From positions 1 to 47,205 of the forward strand of contig MNYW01000026.1 of NCBI GenBank assembly GCA_001873295.1: a stretch of DNA of 47,205 nt, read 5' to 3'. The notes under the pieces are model-generated. The model was not told where the DNA came from. It did no database searches and saw nothing but the letters and a program-made list of their open reading frames with translations. The position numbers and the translations under genes are program-made. Source of the DNA: Nitrospirae bacterium CG2_30_70_394. GTDB taxonomy: Bacteria; CG2-30-53-67; CG2-30-70-394. Of this stretch, positions 1 through 7,997 are shown in pieces (position 1 is the first letter of the stretch; the number at the start of each line of letters is the position of its first letter).

Positions 1-342
1 CTCCTCTGGCTCAACCTTTTCCTCCTCGCGGTCGGGTCGATGATGGACATCTTCTCCGCGATCATGGTGGTCGTCCCCCTCGTCCTCCCGATCGCCGAGT
101 CGTTCGGCGTCCATCCGGTCCACCTCGGCATCATCTTTCTCGCCAACCTTGAAGCGGGCTACTCGACGCCGCCGGTGGGGATCAACCTCTTCATCGCCTG
201 CTCGCGCTTCAACAAGCCGCTCCTCACCCTCTACCGCGCCTGTCTTCCCTTCCTCGCCTTGCTGTTCCTCTGGCTGTTGGGCATCACCTACCTTCCCGAC
301 CTCTCCCTCTGGCTGCCGCGCCTGGCCCTCGGGGTGCGGTAG
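1..342 (+). CDS. TRAP transporter large permease (DctM family), C-terminal fragment; 5' end lies outside the window
   Basis: Frame 1 is open from base 1. The translation ...LLAVGSMMDIFSAIMVVVPLVLPIAESFGVHPVHLGIIFLANLEAGYSTPPVGINLF... matches the conserved DctM C-terminal region, including the PPVG-NLF motif and a hydrophobic tail. Confidence 0.8.
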   Translation, partial: LLWLNLFLLAVGSMMDIFSAIMVVVPLVLPIAESFGVHPVHLGIIFLANLEAGYSTPPVGINLFIACSRFNKPLLTLYRACLPFLALLFLWLLGITYLPDLSLWLPRLALGVR

Positions 343-388
343 GGGGCAAGGCGCCCAGCAGCCACGGCGCGCTGCCTCGGGCGCACCA

Positions 389-558
389 GGATCGGATTGG
401 ATCGGATTGGGGTCATGGATTGGATTGGGATTGGGGTCAGGCTTCGTTTCTTTCATTTAGGGGGTGGACGTCGCCGCGAAGGTAATGAAATAACGAAAGC
501 CTGACCCCAAAGCCAAAAGCCCTGACCCCCAGACCCCAAAGCCCTGACCCCAAAGCCC
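389..558. repeat. Large imperfect palindrome. GGATTGG/GGGGTCA tandem motifs on the left are mirrored by TGACCCC/CCAAAGCC motifs on the right. The core hairpin is 433-508.
   Basis: The left arm ggggtcaggcttcgtttctttcattt (433-458) pairs with the right arm aatgaaataacgaaagcctgacccc (484-508), leaving a loop of about 25 nt. The inner stem is AT-rich in a GC-rich background. It lies just downstream of the TRAP permease stop. Confidence 0.6.
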
Positions 559-701
559 CACCCGCGCCTCCTCCCCGCGCCTCTGTGGCTCTGTGCGAGC
601 CCGCCTTCAGGGCCCGCGCCTCGCCCGATCGCCGCGCCCGCGACCCCCCCCTTGGCCGGTCGCTCGGGTTGTGCACCTTGGCCGCCGCCGCCTCTCCCTC
701 C

Positions 702-2051
702 ATGATCCGCGCACCCCCCATCGCCATGGCGCCGCCGCCCACCCTCCTCACGGTTACCGAGTTCACCCGCCTCTTGCAGGAGGTGGTCGAGGAGCGCTTT
801 TCCGAGGTGTGGGTGGGGGGCGAGGTGTCGTCGCTCCGGCGGGTCGCCTCGGGCCACACCTACTTCACGGTGAAGGACGCGGGCGCGGCCCTGGCCTGCG
901 CATTGTTTCGCTACCAGCAGAAATACCAGCGGTTCGAGCTCGCCGAGGGGGAGGCGGTGGCCCTGAAGGGCAGGGTCTCCGTCTACCCGCCGCGCGGCAC
1001 CTATCAACTGGTCGTCGACTACTTCGAGCCCCTTGGTGGCGGCGCCCTGGCTGCCGCCTTTGATGCCCTCAAACGCAAGCTGGAACAAGAGGGGCTCTTT
1101 GACCCGGGGCGCAAGCAACCCCTGCCGCTCTTGCCCCGGCGGGTGGGGATCGTTACCTCGCCCACCGGCGCGGTGATCCGCGACATCATCCAAGTCGCCA
1201 CCGCCCGCTTCCCGAACTGCCAGCTTTTGTTAGCGCCGGTGCGCGTGCAGGGGGCGGAGGCGGCGGCGGAGATTGCCGCCGCGATCGCGCGGCTCGACCG
1301 GCGCGGTGACTGCGACGTGCTCATCGTCGGCCGCGGTGGCGGCTCGATGGAGGACCTGTGGCCGTTCAACGAGGAGGTGGTGGTGCGGGCGGTGGCGGCG
1401 GCTACCACCCCGATTATCTCGGCGGTGGGCCACGAGACCGACTTCACCCTCTGCGACTTCGCCGCCGACGTGCGCGCCGCAACCCCATCGAACGCCGCCG
1501 AGCTCGCCTTCCCGGTGAAGGCGGAGTTGCTCACCCTCCTGGCGCAGCGCAGCCGCAGCCTCGACCTCGCCCTGCGCCGCCGCCTCGACTACCTCGCCCA
1601 GCGGCTCGACACCGCCGGTCGCATCCTTGGCCAGCAACGGCGCCGCTTCCGCGACCAGCGCGAGCACATCGCCCGCCAGCGGTTCGATCTCGCCGCCGCC
1701 ACCGTCGCCGGGATCGGCCGCCGGCGCGAGGAGCTTGGGCGGCTCGCCACCCGCCTCGAACGGCACTCACCGCGCGCCCGCCTTGCCTCCCACCAGGCGC
1801 GCCTTGCTGGCGGCGCTTCCCGCCTCGTCCACGCCGGCGCCACCCTCACCACCCCGCACCACCACGCCCTTCGCCGCCTCGCCGAGACCCTCGACGCGGT
1901 CTCGCCCCTGGCGGTTTTCAGGCGTGGCTATTGCATCGCCACCCGTCCGGGAGAGGCCGCGCCCCTCACCCGGAGCGCCGACCTCGCCCCCGGCGACCCG
2001 GTCGAGCTGCGCCTCGCCGAGGGGAGGGCCGTGTTGCGGGTGGAGGGCTAG
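702..2051 (+). CDS. xseA: Exodeoxyribonuclease VII large subunit
   Basis: Motifs seen: OB-fold N-terminus (TVTEFTRLLQEVVEERFSEVWVGGEVSSL...HTYFTVKD), catalytic core (VGIVTSPTGAVIRDI, LIVGRGGGSMEDLWPFNEE, ISAVGHETDFTLCDFAADVRAATPS), and a long coiled-coil C-terminus. The ORF is open from 585, but 585-701 is intergenic repeat. An ATG at 702 or 723 is the likely start. Confidence 0.9.
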   Translation: MIRAPPIAMAPPPTLLTVTEFTRLLQEVVEERFSEVWVGGEVSSLRRVASGHTYFTVKDAGAALACALFRYQQKYQRFELAEGEAVALKGRVSVYPPRGTYQLVVDYFEPLGGGALAAAFDALKRKLEQEGLFDPGRKQPLPLLPRRVGIVTSPTGAVIRDIIQVATARFPNCQLLLAPVRVQGAEAAAEIAAAIARLDRRGDCDVLIVGRGGGSMEDLWPFNEEVVVRAVAAATTPIISAVGHETDFTLCDFAADVRAATPSNAAELAFPVKAELLTLLAQRSRSLDLALRRRLDYLAQRLDTAGRILGQQRRRFRDQREHIARQRFDLAAATVAGIGRRREELGRLATRLERHSPRARLASHQARLAGGASRLVHAGATLTTPHHHALRRLAETLDAVSPLAVFRRGYCIATRPGEAAPLTRSADLAPGDPVELRLAEGRAVLRVEG

Positions 2052-2195
2052 CGGCCTGTCGGACTGGGTCCCGATCGACCGCGGTAGGGGGAGCCATGGG
2101 CGGACCCGTGGGCCGTGCTTCGGAGGCCGAGCCCCACGTGGCGCTCCGAACGGATCCGACCGACTCGTAGACCGCTTAGCGCCGAACGGCCGTGG
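2052..2195. repeat. Partial or diverged copy of MITE-like element family B
   Basis: The 5' block gcctgtcggactgggtcccgatcgacc matches gcctgttggacctggtcccgatcaacg at 9640-9666. The rest has diverged. Confidence 0.4.
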
Positions 2196-2282
2196 GGGTT
2201 GGAGACAGCGCGGCGCACCTCGCCCGGCAGGTGCATCCCCCGGACCGACTCGGCGGAGGAGGCGGGCGCTTCACCCCGGTGT

Positions 2283-2560
2283 GGAGCCTCTGCGCGAGCC
2301 CGCCTTCAAGGCCGCGACCCAAGCCCGATTGGGGCGCCCGCGACCTTCCCGTTCGTTCCCCCCGCGCCTCCCCCCCGCGCCTCTGCGCCGCTGCGCGAGC
2401 CGGCCTTCCTGGCCGCGACCCAGGCGGCGGTTCGTCCGCGCCACCCACCCCTTCCTATTTCCTACTGCGTTGAGTCGTCTCCTCCCCTTCCCGATTCGCG
2501 CCCATTCGCGTTCATCCGCGGTCCCCTCTACAAACCCTCTTCCGCACCAGGATTGGATTG
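2283..2560. repeat. GC-rich modular intergenic repeat, family A (modules Y-Y-X)
   Basis: Module Y (ccgcgcctctgcgccgctgcgcgagccggccttcctggccgcgaccc...) occurs twice here. Module X (cgcgccacccaccccttcc...cccgattcgcgcccattcgcgttcatccgcggtcccctctacaa) occurs once. Related copies lie at 560-650, 16320-16580 (reverse), 19100-19245 and 45975-46023 (reverse). Confidence 0.65.
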
Positions 2561-2719
2561 GAGGTCCGGGGGTGCCATTGCAACGGGTCGAAGGGGTGCG
2601 CCATAACGAAGTTGGAATCCCAATGGCCGCGCCGCGACCGTGGAGCAAGGATCGTGACCGGGGTGGCCACGTCGGTGGCGCGCCCTATAGTTTTCACCTT
2701 ACGAAGGAAGGGAGAGACG

Positions 2720-3325
2720 GTGACTGGCGAGCGGATCCTGTGGATGGTGATCGGGCTGTGGCTTTCCATGGCGGGTGGGTGGATTCACGCGGAGGCGGAT
2801 GAGAAGGGCGGGATCCAGCCGCCTTCCGGGCAGGTCGAGGGGATCGACCCGCAGGCGCAGAAGATCATCGACCAGCAGATGAAAGGCTTGCAGGAGCGCG
2901 AGGCGGCGACCTTTCCGTGCAGCCTCTTTCCGCAGGCGGAGATCGATGCGCTGGTAGGCAATCCGCTAGACAAGGGGAGTTACGCCTTCAACCACCGGGT
3001 TGAGGACGATCGCCAGTACAAGAGCGAGTCTTGCGACTGGTCGGTGGTGGGCGGCGAAGGCAATGAAGTCGGCCTCTGGGTGAGCCTGCCGCGCCACTTC
3101 GCTTCCGGCCAGGTGGAATGCTCGCCCGGCAGTACCAACCGGAAGATCACCGGCATCGGCGATCAGGCGTGGTGGGAGTACCAGAAGTACTTCGGCATGG
3201 GCACCCTGCGGGTCTGTTCCGCGACCGCGATGGTGGAGGTGAAGGTCACCGTAGAGAATCGGGACGAGGCGAAGGCCAAGAAGATCGCCCAGACGATGGC
3301 GGAACGGGCCCTAGCGTCGCGGTGA
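2720..3325 (+). CDS. Hypothetical secreted protein (about 200 aa), function unknown
   Basis: GTG at 2720 is preceded by ggaagggagag (RBS-like). The N-terminus VTGERILWMVIGLWLSMAGGWIHA looks like a signal peptide. The region upstream from 2558 is repeat sequence. No family motif was recognised. Confidence 0.5.
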   Translation: MTGERILWMVIGLWLSMAGGWIHAEADEKGGIQPPSGQVEGIDPQAQKIIDQQMKGLQEREAATFPCSLFPQAEIDALVGNPLDKGSYAFNHRVEDDRQYKSESCDWSVVGGEGNEVGLWVSLPRHFASGQVECSPGSTNRKITGIGDQAWWEYQKYFGMGTLRVCSATAMVEVKVTVENRDEAKAKKIAQTMAERALASR

Positions 3326-3410
3326 TTCAACGAGCCCCTGGCCTCCGACCTCCACGCGAATGGCGGCTGGAGGGGGCGCCTCCATCCTCGACGCGCCCAA
3401 ATCCGCAGGC

Positions 3411-3515
3411 GGCGGATCGCGCGATGGCGGGTCGGTCGCCACGCACACGGTTCCGCCCTTGCACATTGCCAGGCGCCAAGGTGGCGGATCGCGCGATGGC
3501 GGGTCGGTCACCACG
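3411..3515. repeat. Pair of 33-bp direct repeats (3411-3443 and 3483-3515), 72-bp period
   Basis: ggcggatcgcgcgatggcgggtcggtcGccacg versus ggcggatcgcgcgatggcgggtcggtcAccacg, one mismatch. The pair is intergenic. Confidence 0.7.
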
Positions 3516-3640
3516 GTCAGGGTGGGCGTCGCCACGGGCCGGTGGGGCAAGGGTATGGATTGCGAGACGCCTACCGCTTGAAGGAGCACAAGATCCGCTC
3601 CGCCCAGGGGGTGGGGATTGGCTGATGGGAGAGGGCGATC

Positions 3641-4336
3641 ATGCACGCACACTACCTGCAACACGTCCCCTTCGAGGGGCTGGGGGCCATCGGCTGGTGG
3701 CTGGAGGCGGCCGCGGCAGAGGTCACGCGGAGCGCCCTCTACGCGGCAGAGCCCCTGCCGGACGTGGCCGGGCTCGACCTGCTCGTGGCCCTGGGCGGAC
3801 CGATGAGCGTGAACGACGAGGCGGCCTTTCCATGGCTGGTGGAGGAGAAGCGGTACCTTCGCCAGGCGATCGACCGGGGGATCCCGGTGCTCGGGGTGTG
3901 CCTCGGGGCGCAGCTCATCGCGAGCGCCATGGGGGCGCGGGTCTATCCCAACAGAGAGAAGGAGATCGGCTGGTTTCCGGTGACCGCGGTGGAGCCGGTG
4001 GATGGGTCGAGCTTTCGCTTTCCCACCGCCATCGAGGTCTTTCACTGGCACGGGGAGACCTTCACCCTGCCCGCCGGCGCCGTCCACCTGGCGCGCAGCG
4101 CCGGGTGCGCGCACCAGGCCTTCCAACTCGGCGGATCGGCGATCGGTCTGCAATTCCATCTGGAGACCACCCCGGCGAGCGCCCGCGCCCTCGTCGATCA
4201 CTGCCGCGGGGAGCTGCTACCCGGCCGGTTCGTGCAGAGCGAGGCCCAACTCCTCGTCCCACCGGCCGGGCGGTATGCGGCCATTTACGCCCTGCTGGGT
4301 GAGCTCCTCGCCTATCTGGTGGGGGCGGCGCGGTAG
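3641..4336 (+). CDS. Class I (type 1) glutamine amidotransferase-like protein
   Basis: ATG follows gggagaggg. Motifs seen: the nucleophile elbow PVLGVCLGAQLIA, then FHWHGETF. Length is 231 aa, typical of stand-alone GATase1 proteins. Confidence 0.75.
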   Translation: MHAHYLQHVPFEGLGAIGWWLEAAAAEVTRSALYAAEPLPDVAGLDLLVALGGPMSVNDEAAFPWLVEEKRYLRQAIDRGIPVLGVCLGAQLIASAMGARVYPNREKEIGWFPVTAVEPVDGSSFRFPTAIEVFHWHGETFTLPAGAVHLARSAGCAHQAFQLGGSAIGLQFHLETTPASARALVDHCRGELLPGRFVQSEAQLLVPPAGRYAAIYALLGELLAYLVGAAR

Positions 4337-4476
4337 GGGCAGCGCCGTCTGGGCGGGGGTCGAACCCCTTGGGCAACCGGCCCGAATCGCCTTACCGTCG
4401 AACCCATCCATTCCCTGCCGCCTCCGGTTGGGTCGCGCCATGTTCCGGCCAGGGGCAACCGACAGGAACCACGCCC

Positions 4477-5103
4477 ATGCCCATCAACCATCGGGTCCGC
4501 GAAGGCGAGACGGTTGCCTCGATCGCCGCCCCCCACGGGCTGGCGCCGGAGACGGTATGGGACGATCCGGCCAACGCGCAGCTCAAGGCGCAGCGCGGCG
4601 ATCCCAACATCCTTGCCCCCGGCGACGTGGTGGTCGTCCCGGACAAACGGGCGAAGGAGGAGAGTGGCGCGACCGAGCAGCGCCATCGCTTCCGCACCCA
4701 TCGTTCGACGGTGACCCTGCGCCTCGTCCTCCACGACGCGGGCAACAAGCCGGTGGCCAATGCGGCATGCACCCTGGTGGTGGGGGAGCGCTCCTTCGAC
4801 CTGACGAGCGACGGCGACGGCCAGATCGAGCAGCGGGTCCCGGCCGGCGAGCAGGACGGGAAGCTCCTGGTGGGGGAGCAGCTCCTGCCTATGAAGATTG
4901 GCCACCTGGACCCGCTCGACGTGCACGCGGGCCAGCGCGAGCGGCTCAACAATCTCGGCTATCGCGCGGGCCAGGGGGATGACCCGGACGCGCCGGCCTA
5001 CCGCTCGGCGGTGGAGGAGTTTCAGTGCGACTACGACCTCGGGGTGAACGGTGTGTGTGGCCTTGAGACGCAGAACAAACTGAAGGAAGTCCACGGATGT
5101 TGA
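4477..5103 (+). CDS. LysM domain + beta-sandwich (CarboxypepD_reg-like) + PG_binding_1 domain protein
   Basis: ATG at 4477 follows aggaac. The LysM domain starts at the N-terminus (HRVREGETVASIAAPHGLAPETVWDDPANAQLKAQRGDPNILAPGDVVVVP). The C-terminus RLNNLGYRAG...YRSAVEEFQCDYDLGVNGVCGLETQNKL fits PG_binding_1. No signal peptide is evident. Confidence 0.75.
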   Translation: MPINHRVREGETVASIAAPHGLAPETVWDDPANAQLKAQRGDPNILAPGDVVVVPDKRAKEESGATEQRHRFRTHRSTVTLRLVLHDAGNKPVANAACTLVVGERSFDLTSDGDGQIEQRVPAGEQDGKLLVGEQLLPMKIGHLDPLDVHAGQRERLNNLGYRAGQGDDPDAPAYRSAVEEFQCDYDLGVNGVCGLETQNKLKEVHGC

Positions 5104-6575
5104 CGCGGGTTGGGGCGGGGATCGCGATGGGGTGGGGGGGGGCCTTGGGGAAAATCGTCACCTCTGTTGGCGGACCTCGGCCCGTCGCGGGGGGTGGGTT
5201 TCGACCCGTTCGCGAAGCCGGCGCGTGGCTCGCGCCCCCTTCCGTATCCGGGGCGCGTCCACCACGAATGGCGTGTCCGGGGAGGTTGCCGGTCGTGAGC
5301 CCCCGTCCCACCCACAGCGCGACCCCGGGCGGCGCGGCGTCCAGCCACCCCCTCGGGGACGTGGACGCCCGGTGCGTGGCGACGACTACTGCAGACGGCC
5401 GCAATACGATCGCCGAGCCCCTCGTGCCGGTGGCGTCGTGGCGCATGGATGACCTCCGCTTTCAGTTCGACTCCTCCTTCATCCGGCCCGAGGCGGCCGA
5501 CGAGTTCACCCTCCTCGCGGTCCTGGCCAAGGAGCACCCCAAGGCGCCCATCACCCTGTTCGGCCACGCCGATCCGGTGGGGGACGACGCCTACAACAAG
5601 AGGCTCAGCGGCCGGCGCGCGATCGCGGTCTACGCCGTGCTCACCCGCGACCCGGCCTTGTGGGAGGAGCTCTACTCTCACCCCCACGGCCGCGACGCTT
5701 GGGGGACGCGCACCCTCCAGCTCATCCTCGAAGATCGGGGCCACTCTCCGGGACCGATCGACGGCATCGCGGGAGAGCAGACCCGGGTGGCGATCAAGGC
5801 CTTCCAGCGGGAGAACGGCCTCACCGAGGACGGGGTCGCCACCCCCCTCACCCGCGCGAAGCTGTTCCGCGCCTACATGGATGGCCTTTGCCGCGACGCG
5901 GCGGGCGAGCCCTTCGTTTTGGAGAAGGCGGACTTTCTCGGCCAGGGGGGGGATGGCGACAGGCGCGGGGATGTCCAGGGGTGCGGCGAGTTCAACCCGG
6001 TGCGCCTGTTTTCCCAGGCCGAGCATCAACGGCTCCAGCAGCCGGCGAACCGCGCCGAGCGCGACCGCGAGAACGCCCCCAACCGCCGGGTGGTGGCGCT
6101 GCTCTTCCGGCCCGGCACCGTCGTCCCCCTAGCCAAGTGGCCGTGTCCCGCCGCCACCGCCGGCGACTCCAAGTGCCGCAAGCGGTTCTGGTCGGATGGT
6201 CCAACCCGGCGCACCTTTCAGGAGCAGCGCCGGGAGTACCCCCAGACCCGCGACACCTTCGCCTGCCGGTTCTATGACCGGATCGCCGGGGAGTCCCTGA
6301 TCGAGATCCACGCGGGCGGGCAGGGCAAGTTGTTCATGGAGATCCGCGACGCCCTCGGGGTGGAGCCCCTCGCCGGCCGTGGCTATCGCATCACCCCCCT
6401 CGGTGCAGCGGCGGCGATGTTCGAGGGGAGGCTGGACAACCAGGGGCGGCTGAGCCATGCCGGTGTCCCGTCCGACGACTACCAGCTCGTGGTCGACGGG
6501 GTCGCCGGGGAGCACGCGGCCCTGGTGCTAGATGCGGCGGCGAGCGAGCCGCAGCTCCGCTTTCTGGAGGGATAG
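5097..6575 (+). CDS. OmpA-like peptidoglycan-binding protein with an inserted PG_binding_1 module and a C-terminal extension
   Basis: ATG at 5097 has the RBS gaaggaag 6-7 nt upstream and overlaps the upstream stop (5101-5103). OmpA_C motifs: FQFDSSFIRPEA, LFGHADPVGDDAYNKRLSGRRA, and later NRRVVALLF. The PG_binding_1 module is LQLILEDRGHSPGPIDGIAGEQTRVAIKAFQRENGLTEDGV. The first 115 or so residues are G/P-rich low complexity, so an alternative start at ATG 5445 is possible. Confidence 0.7.
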   Translation: MLTRVGAGIAMGWGGALGKIVTSVGGPRPVAGGGFRPVREAGAWLAPPSVSGARPPRMACPGRLPVVSPRPTHSATPGGAASSHPLGDVDARCVATTTADGRNTIAEPLVPVASWRMDDLRFQFDSSFIRPEAADEFTLLAVLAKEHPKAPITLFGHADPVGDDAYNKRLSGRRAIAVYAVLTRDPALWEELYSHPHGRDAWGTRTLQLILEDRGHSPGPIDGIAGEQTRVAIKAFQRENGLTEDGVATPLTRAKLFRAYMDGLCRDAAGEPFVLEKADFLGQGGDGDRRGDVQGCGEFNPVRLFSQAEHQRLQQPANRAERDRENAPNRRVVALLFRPGTVVPLAKWPCPAATAGDSKCRKRFWSDGPTRRTFQEQRREYPQTRDTFACRFYDRIAGESLIEIHAGGQGKLFMEIRDALGVEPLAGRGYRITPLGAAAAMFEGRLDNQGRLSHAGVPSDDYQLVVDGVAGEHAALVLDAAASEPQLRFLEG

Positions 6576-6578
6576 GCC

Positions 6579-7859
6579 GTGGCCATCCGCGTCTTGTTGC
6601 AACCCGCGACCGTGCGGGTGACCCCCGGCGGGGGTAGCGCCGCCTACACGGTGGTGACCGGCGTCACGATCAGCCTCACCTCCCGGGGACGGGGTGCGGC
6701 GCCGGTGCAGGCGACGCCCACCCCGGCCTCCCTGGAGTTCTACGAGCTGCCGGTCCAGGGCGACACGGCGCGCACGGCGCGGCTCCTCGGCACCCTGGCG
6801 GGTGCGATCCGCCTCGACGGGACCGATTTCAAGTTTGCCGGCGGCGCGCCGCCGCTCATCCAGTTCGCCCCCCTGGTGGATGAGACGGACTTCTTCGTCC
6901 CTCTCACCTACGACCGGACCAACTTCGAGAACGTGACGGATCAGCATCTGTGGCTGCCGTGGGAGAGCGTCGCCGAGCGGGGCCGCCTGGAGCTGGGGGT
7001 GAAGCTGCGGATTGACTCCGCTGTCCACGCCGACCTCGCCAACAACGACACCCTCGACGTCTCCCTCGTCCACCGCGGGGTGCCCGATGACGGTACGGAC
7101 ACGGCGCAGCGCTTCGATTGCCAGGGCATCACCGAGGTCTACCCGACGGGCAACCACAACCTTACGACTGCCCAGCGCATCCCGATCTCTTCCGACCCTT
7201 TGCGCATCCGCGTCCACGACAGCGTGCGCGACGCCTGCAACGCGGTACACGCGGGCTCCTTCAACCTTGCCCAACTCACCACCCACCTGACCACCATCTT
7301 TCGCGACGCCGGGTTCGCCACCGTCGACGTGCAACTGAAGAGCGACGCGGACGCCACCGCCGCGTGGTGGCAGCAACGCTCCGGCCGGTTCATCGCCAAG
7401 AACGTCGCCGATCCCCGGCATGCCAGCGACCTCGATGGGCAGGAGCTGCCGTTCTTCGAGTTCTGGGCCTTCAGCCAGACGAGCCTGTTCGCCAACGGCG
7501 AGGCGGCTGAGTCTGAGGCCCTCAACCCGGGCCACGAGATCAACGTCTCCGCCCGGACCAAGCGGGTGATCGCGCCGATCGCGGTGCTGGGCAGGCAGGC
7601 GAAGTTCGACGACACCTACCAGCAGATCCTCCAGCCGGCGACGCGCATGCAGTTCCTCGCCAGCCTGCTGGCCCACGAGATTGGCCACACCCTCGGCCTG
7701 CCGCACGCCCTGCACTTCAACGCCCGCAGCCAGTCGTACTCGCAGCTCGGCGGCGACATCATCGGGACCATGGGCTTGTTCAGGGTCGACGGCGGCCGCG
7801 GCCGGGTGCAGAAGTTCGGCCCGGTCCACAAGGCGACCCTCCGCCGCCACTTCCTGTAG
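6579..7859 (+). CDS. Hypothetical protein with a C-terminal metzincin-type zinc-protease motif
   Basis: GTG at 6579 lies 7 nt after ggaggg and 3 nt after the upstream stop. The motif LLAHEIGHTLGLPHA (HExxHxxGxxH, 7674-7706) is followed by a possible Met-turn, IIGTMGL. The 360 or so N-terminal residues match nothing I recognise. No signal peptide is evident. Confidence 0.65.
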   Translation: MAIRVLLQPATVRVTPGGGSAAYTVVTGVTISLTSRGRGAAPVQATPTPASLEFYELPVQGDTARTARLLGTLAGAIRLDGTDFKFAGGAPPLIQFAPLVDETDFFVPLTYDRTNFENVTDQHLWLPWESVAERGRLELGVKLRIDSAVHADLANNDTLDVSLVHRGVPDDGTDTAQRFDCQGITEVYPTGNHNLTTAQRIPISSDPLRIRVHDSVRDACNAVHAGSFNLAQLTTHLTTIFRDAGFATVDVQLKSDADATAAWWQQRSGRFIAKNVADPRHASDLDGQELPFFEFWAFSQTSLFANGEAAESEALNPGHEINVSARTKRVIAPIAVLGRQAKFDDTYQQILQPATRMQFLASLLAHEIGHTLGLPHALHFNARSQSYSQLGGDIIGTMGLFRVDGGRGRVQKFGPVHKATLRRHFL

Positions 7860-7997
7860 GCGAATCGGGCGTACCGGCAATCCGTGGCGGCGGGTGGTGG
7901 CGCATGGCGCTGAGTCCAGCAGCGCCTAGGCGGACTCAATGGTGTCGGCCTTCCCCGCAGAGCTTTCGGGGCGGTTCGGGTGCGGCGCCGGGTGCGC

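Noticed and set aside
389-558. Possible CRISPR array or minisatellite, because of the short tandem GGATTGG / CCAAAGCC motifs.
   Set aside because: The units are only 6-12 bp, irregular, without unique spacers, and arranged as a mirror-image palindrome. No cas genes are present in the window.
585-701. Upstream extensions of xseA (585), dusB (16570), the ATPase (19019), tig (39197) and the acyltransferase fusion (42288), as given by the ORF track.
   Set aside because: The extensions traverse repeat elements, a tRNA gene or a neighbouring gene. They lack conservation-type sequence. Internal starts fit the known N-termini of the families.
4477-7859. Calling the LysM/OmpA/metzincin trio a phage-tail-like, eCIS or T6SS fragment.
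   Set aside because: No sheath, tube, baseplate, spike, PAAR, ATPase or phage structural genes occur within the window. A leaderless LysM alone is insufficient. It is reported as an unexplained module instead.
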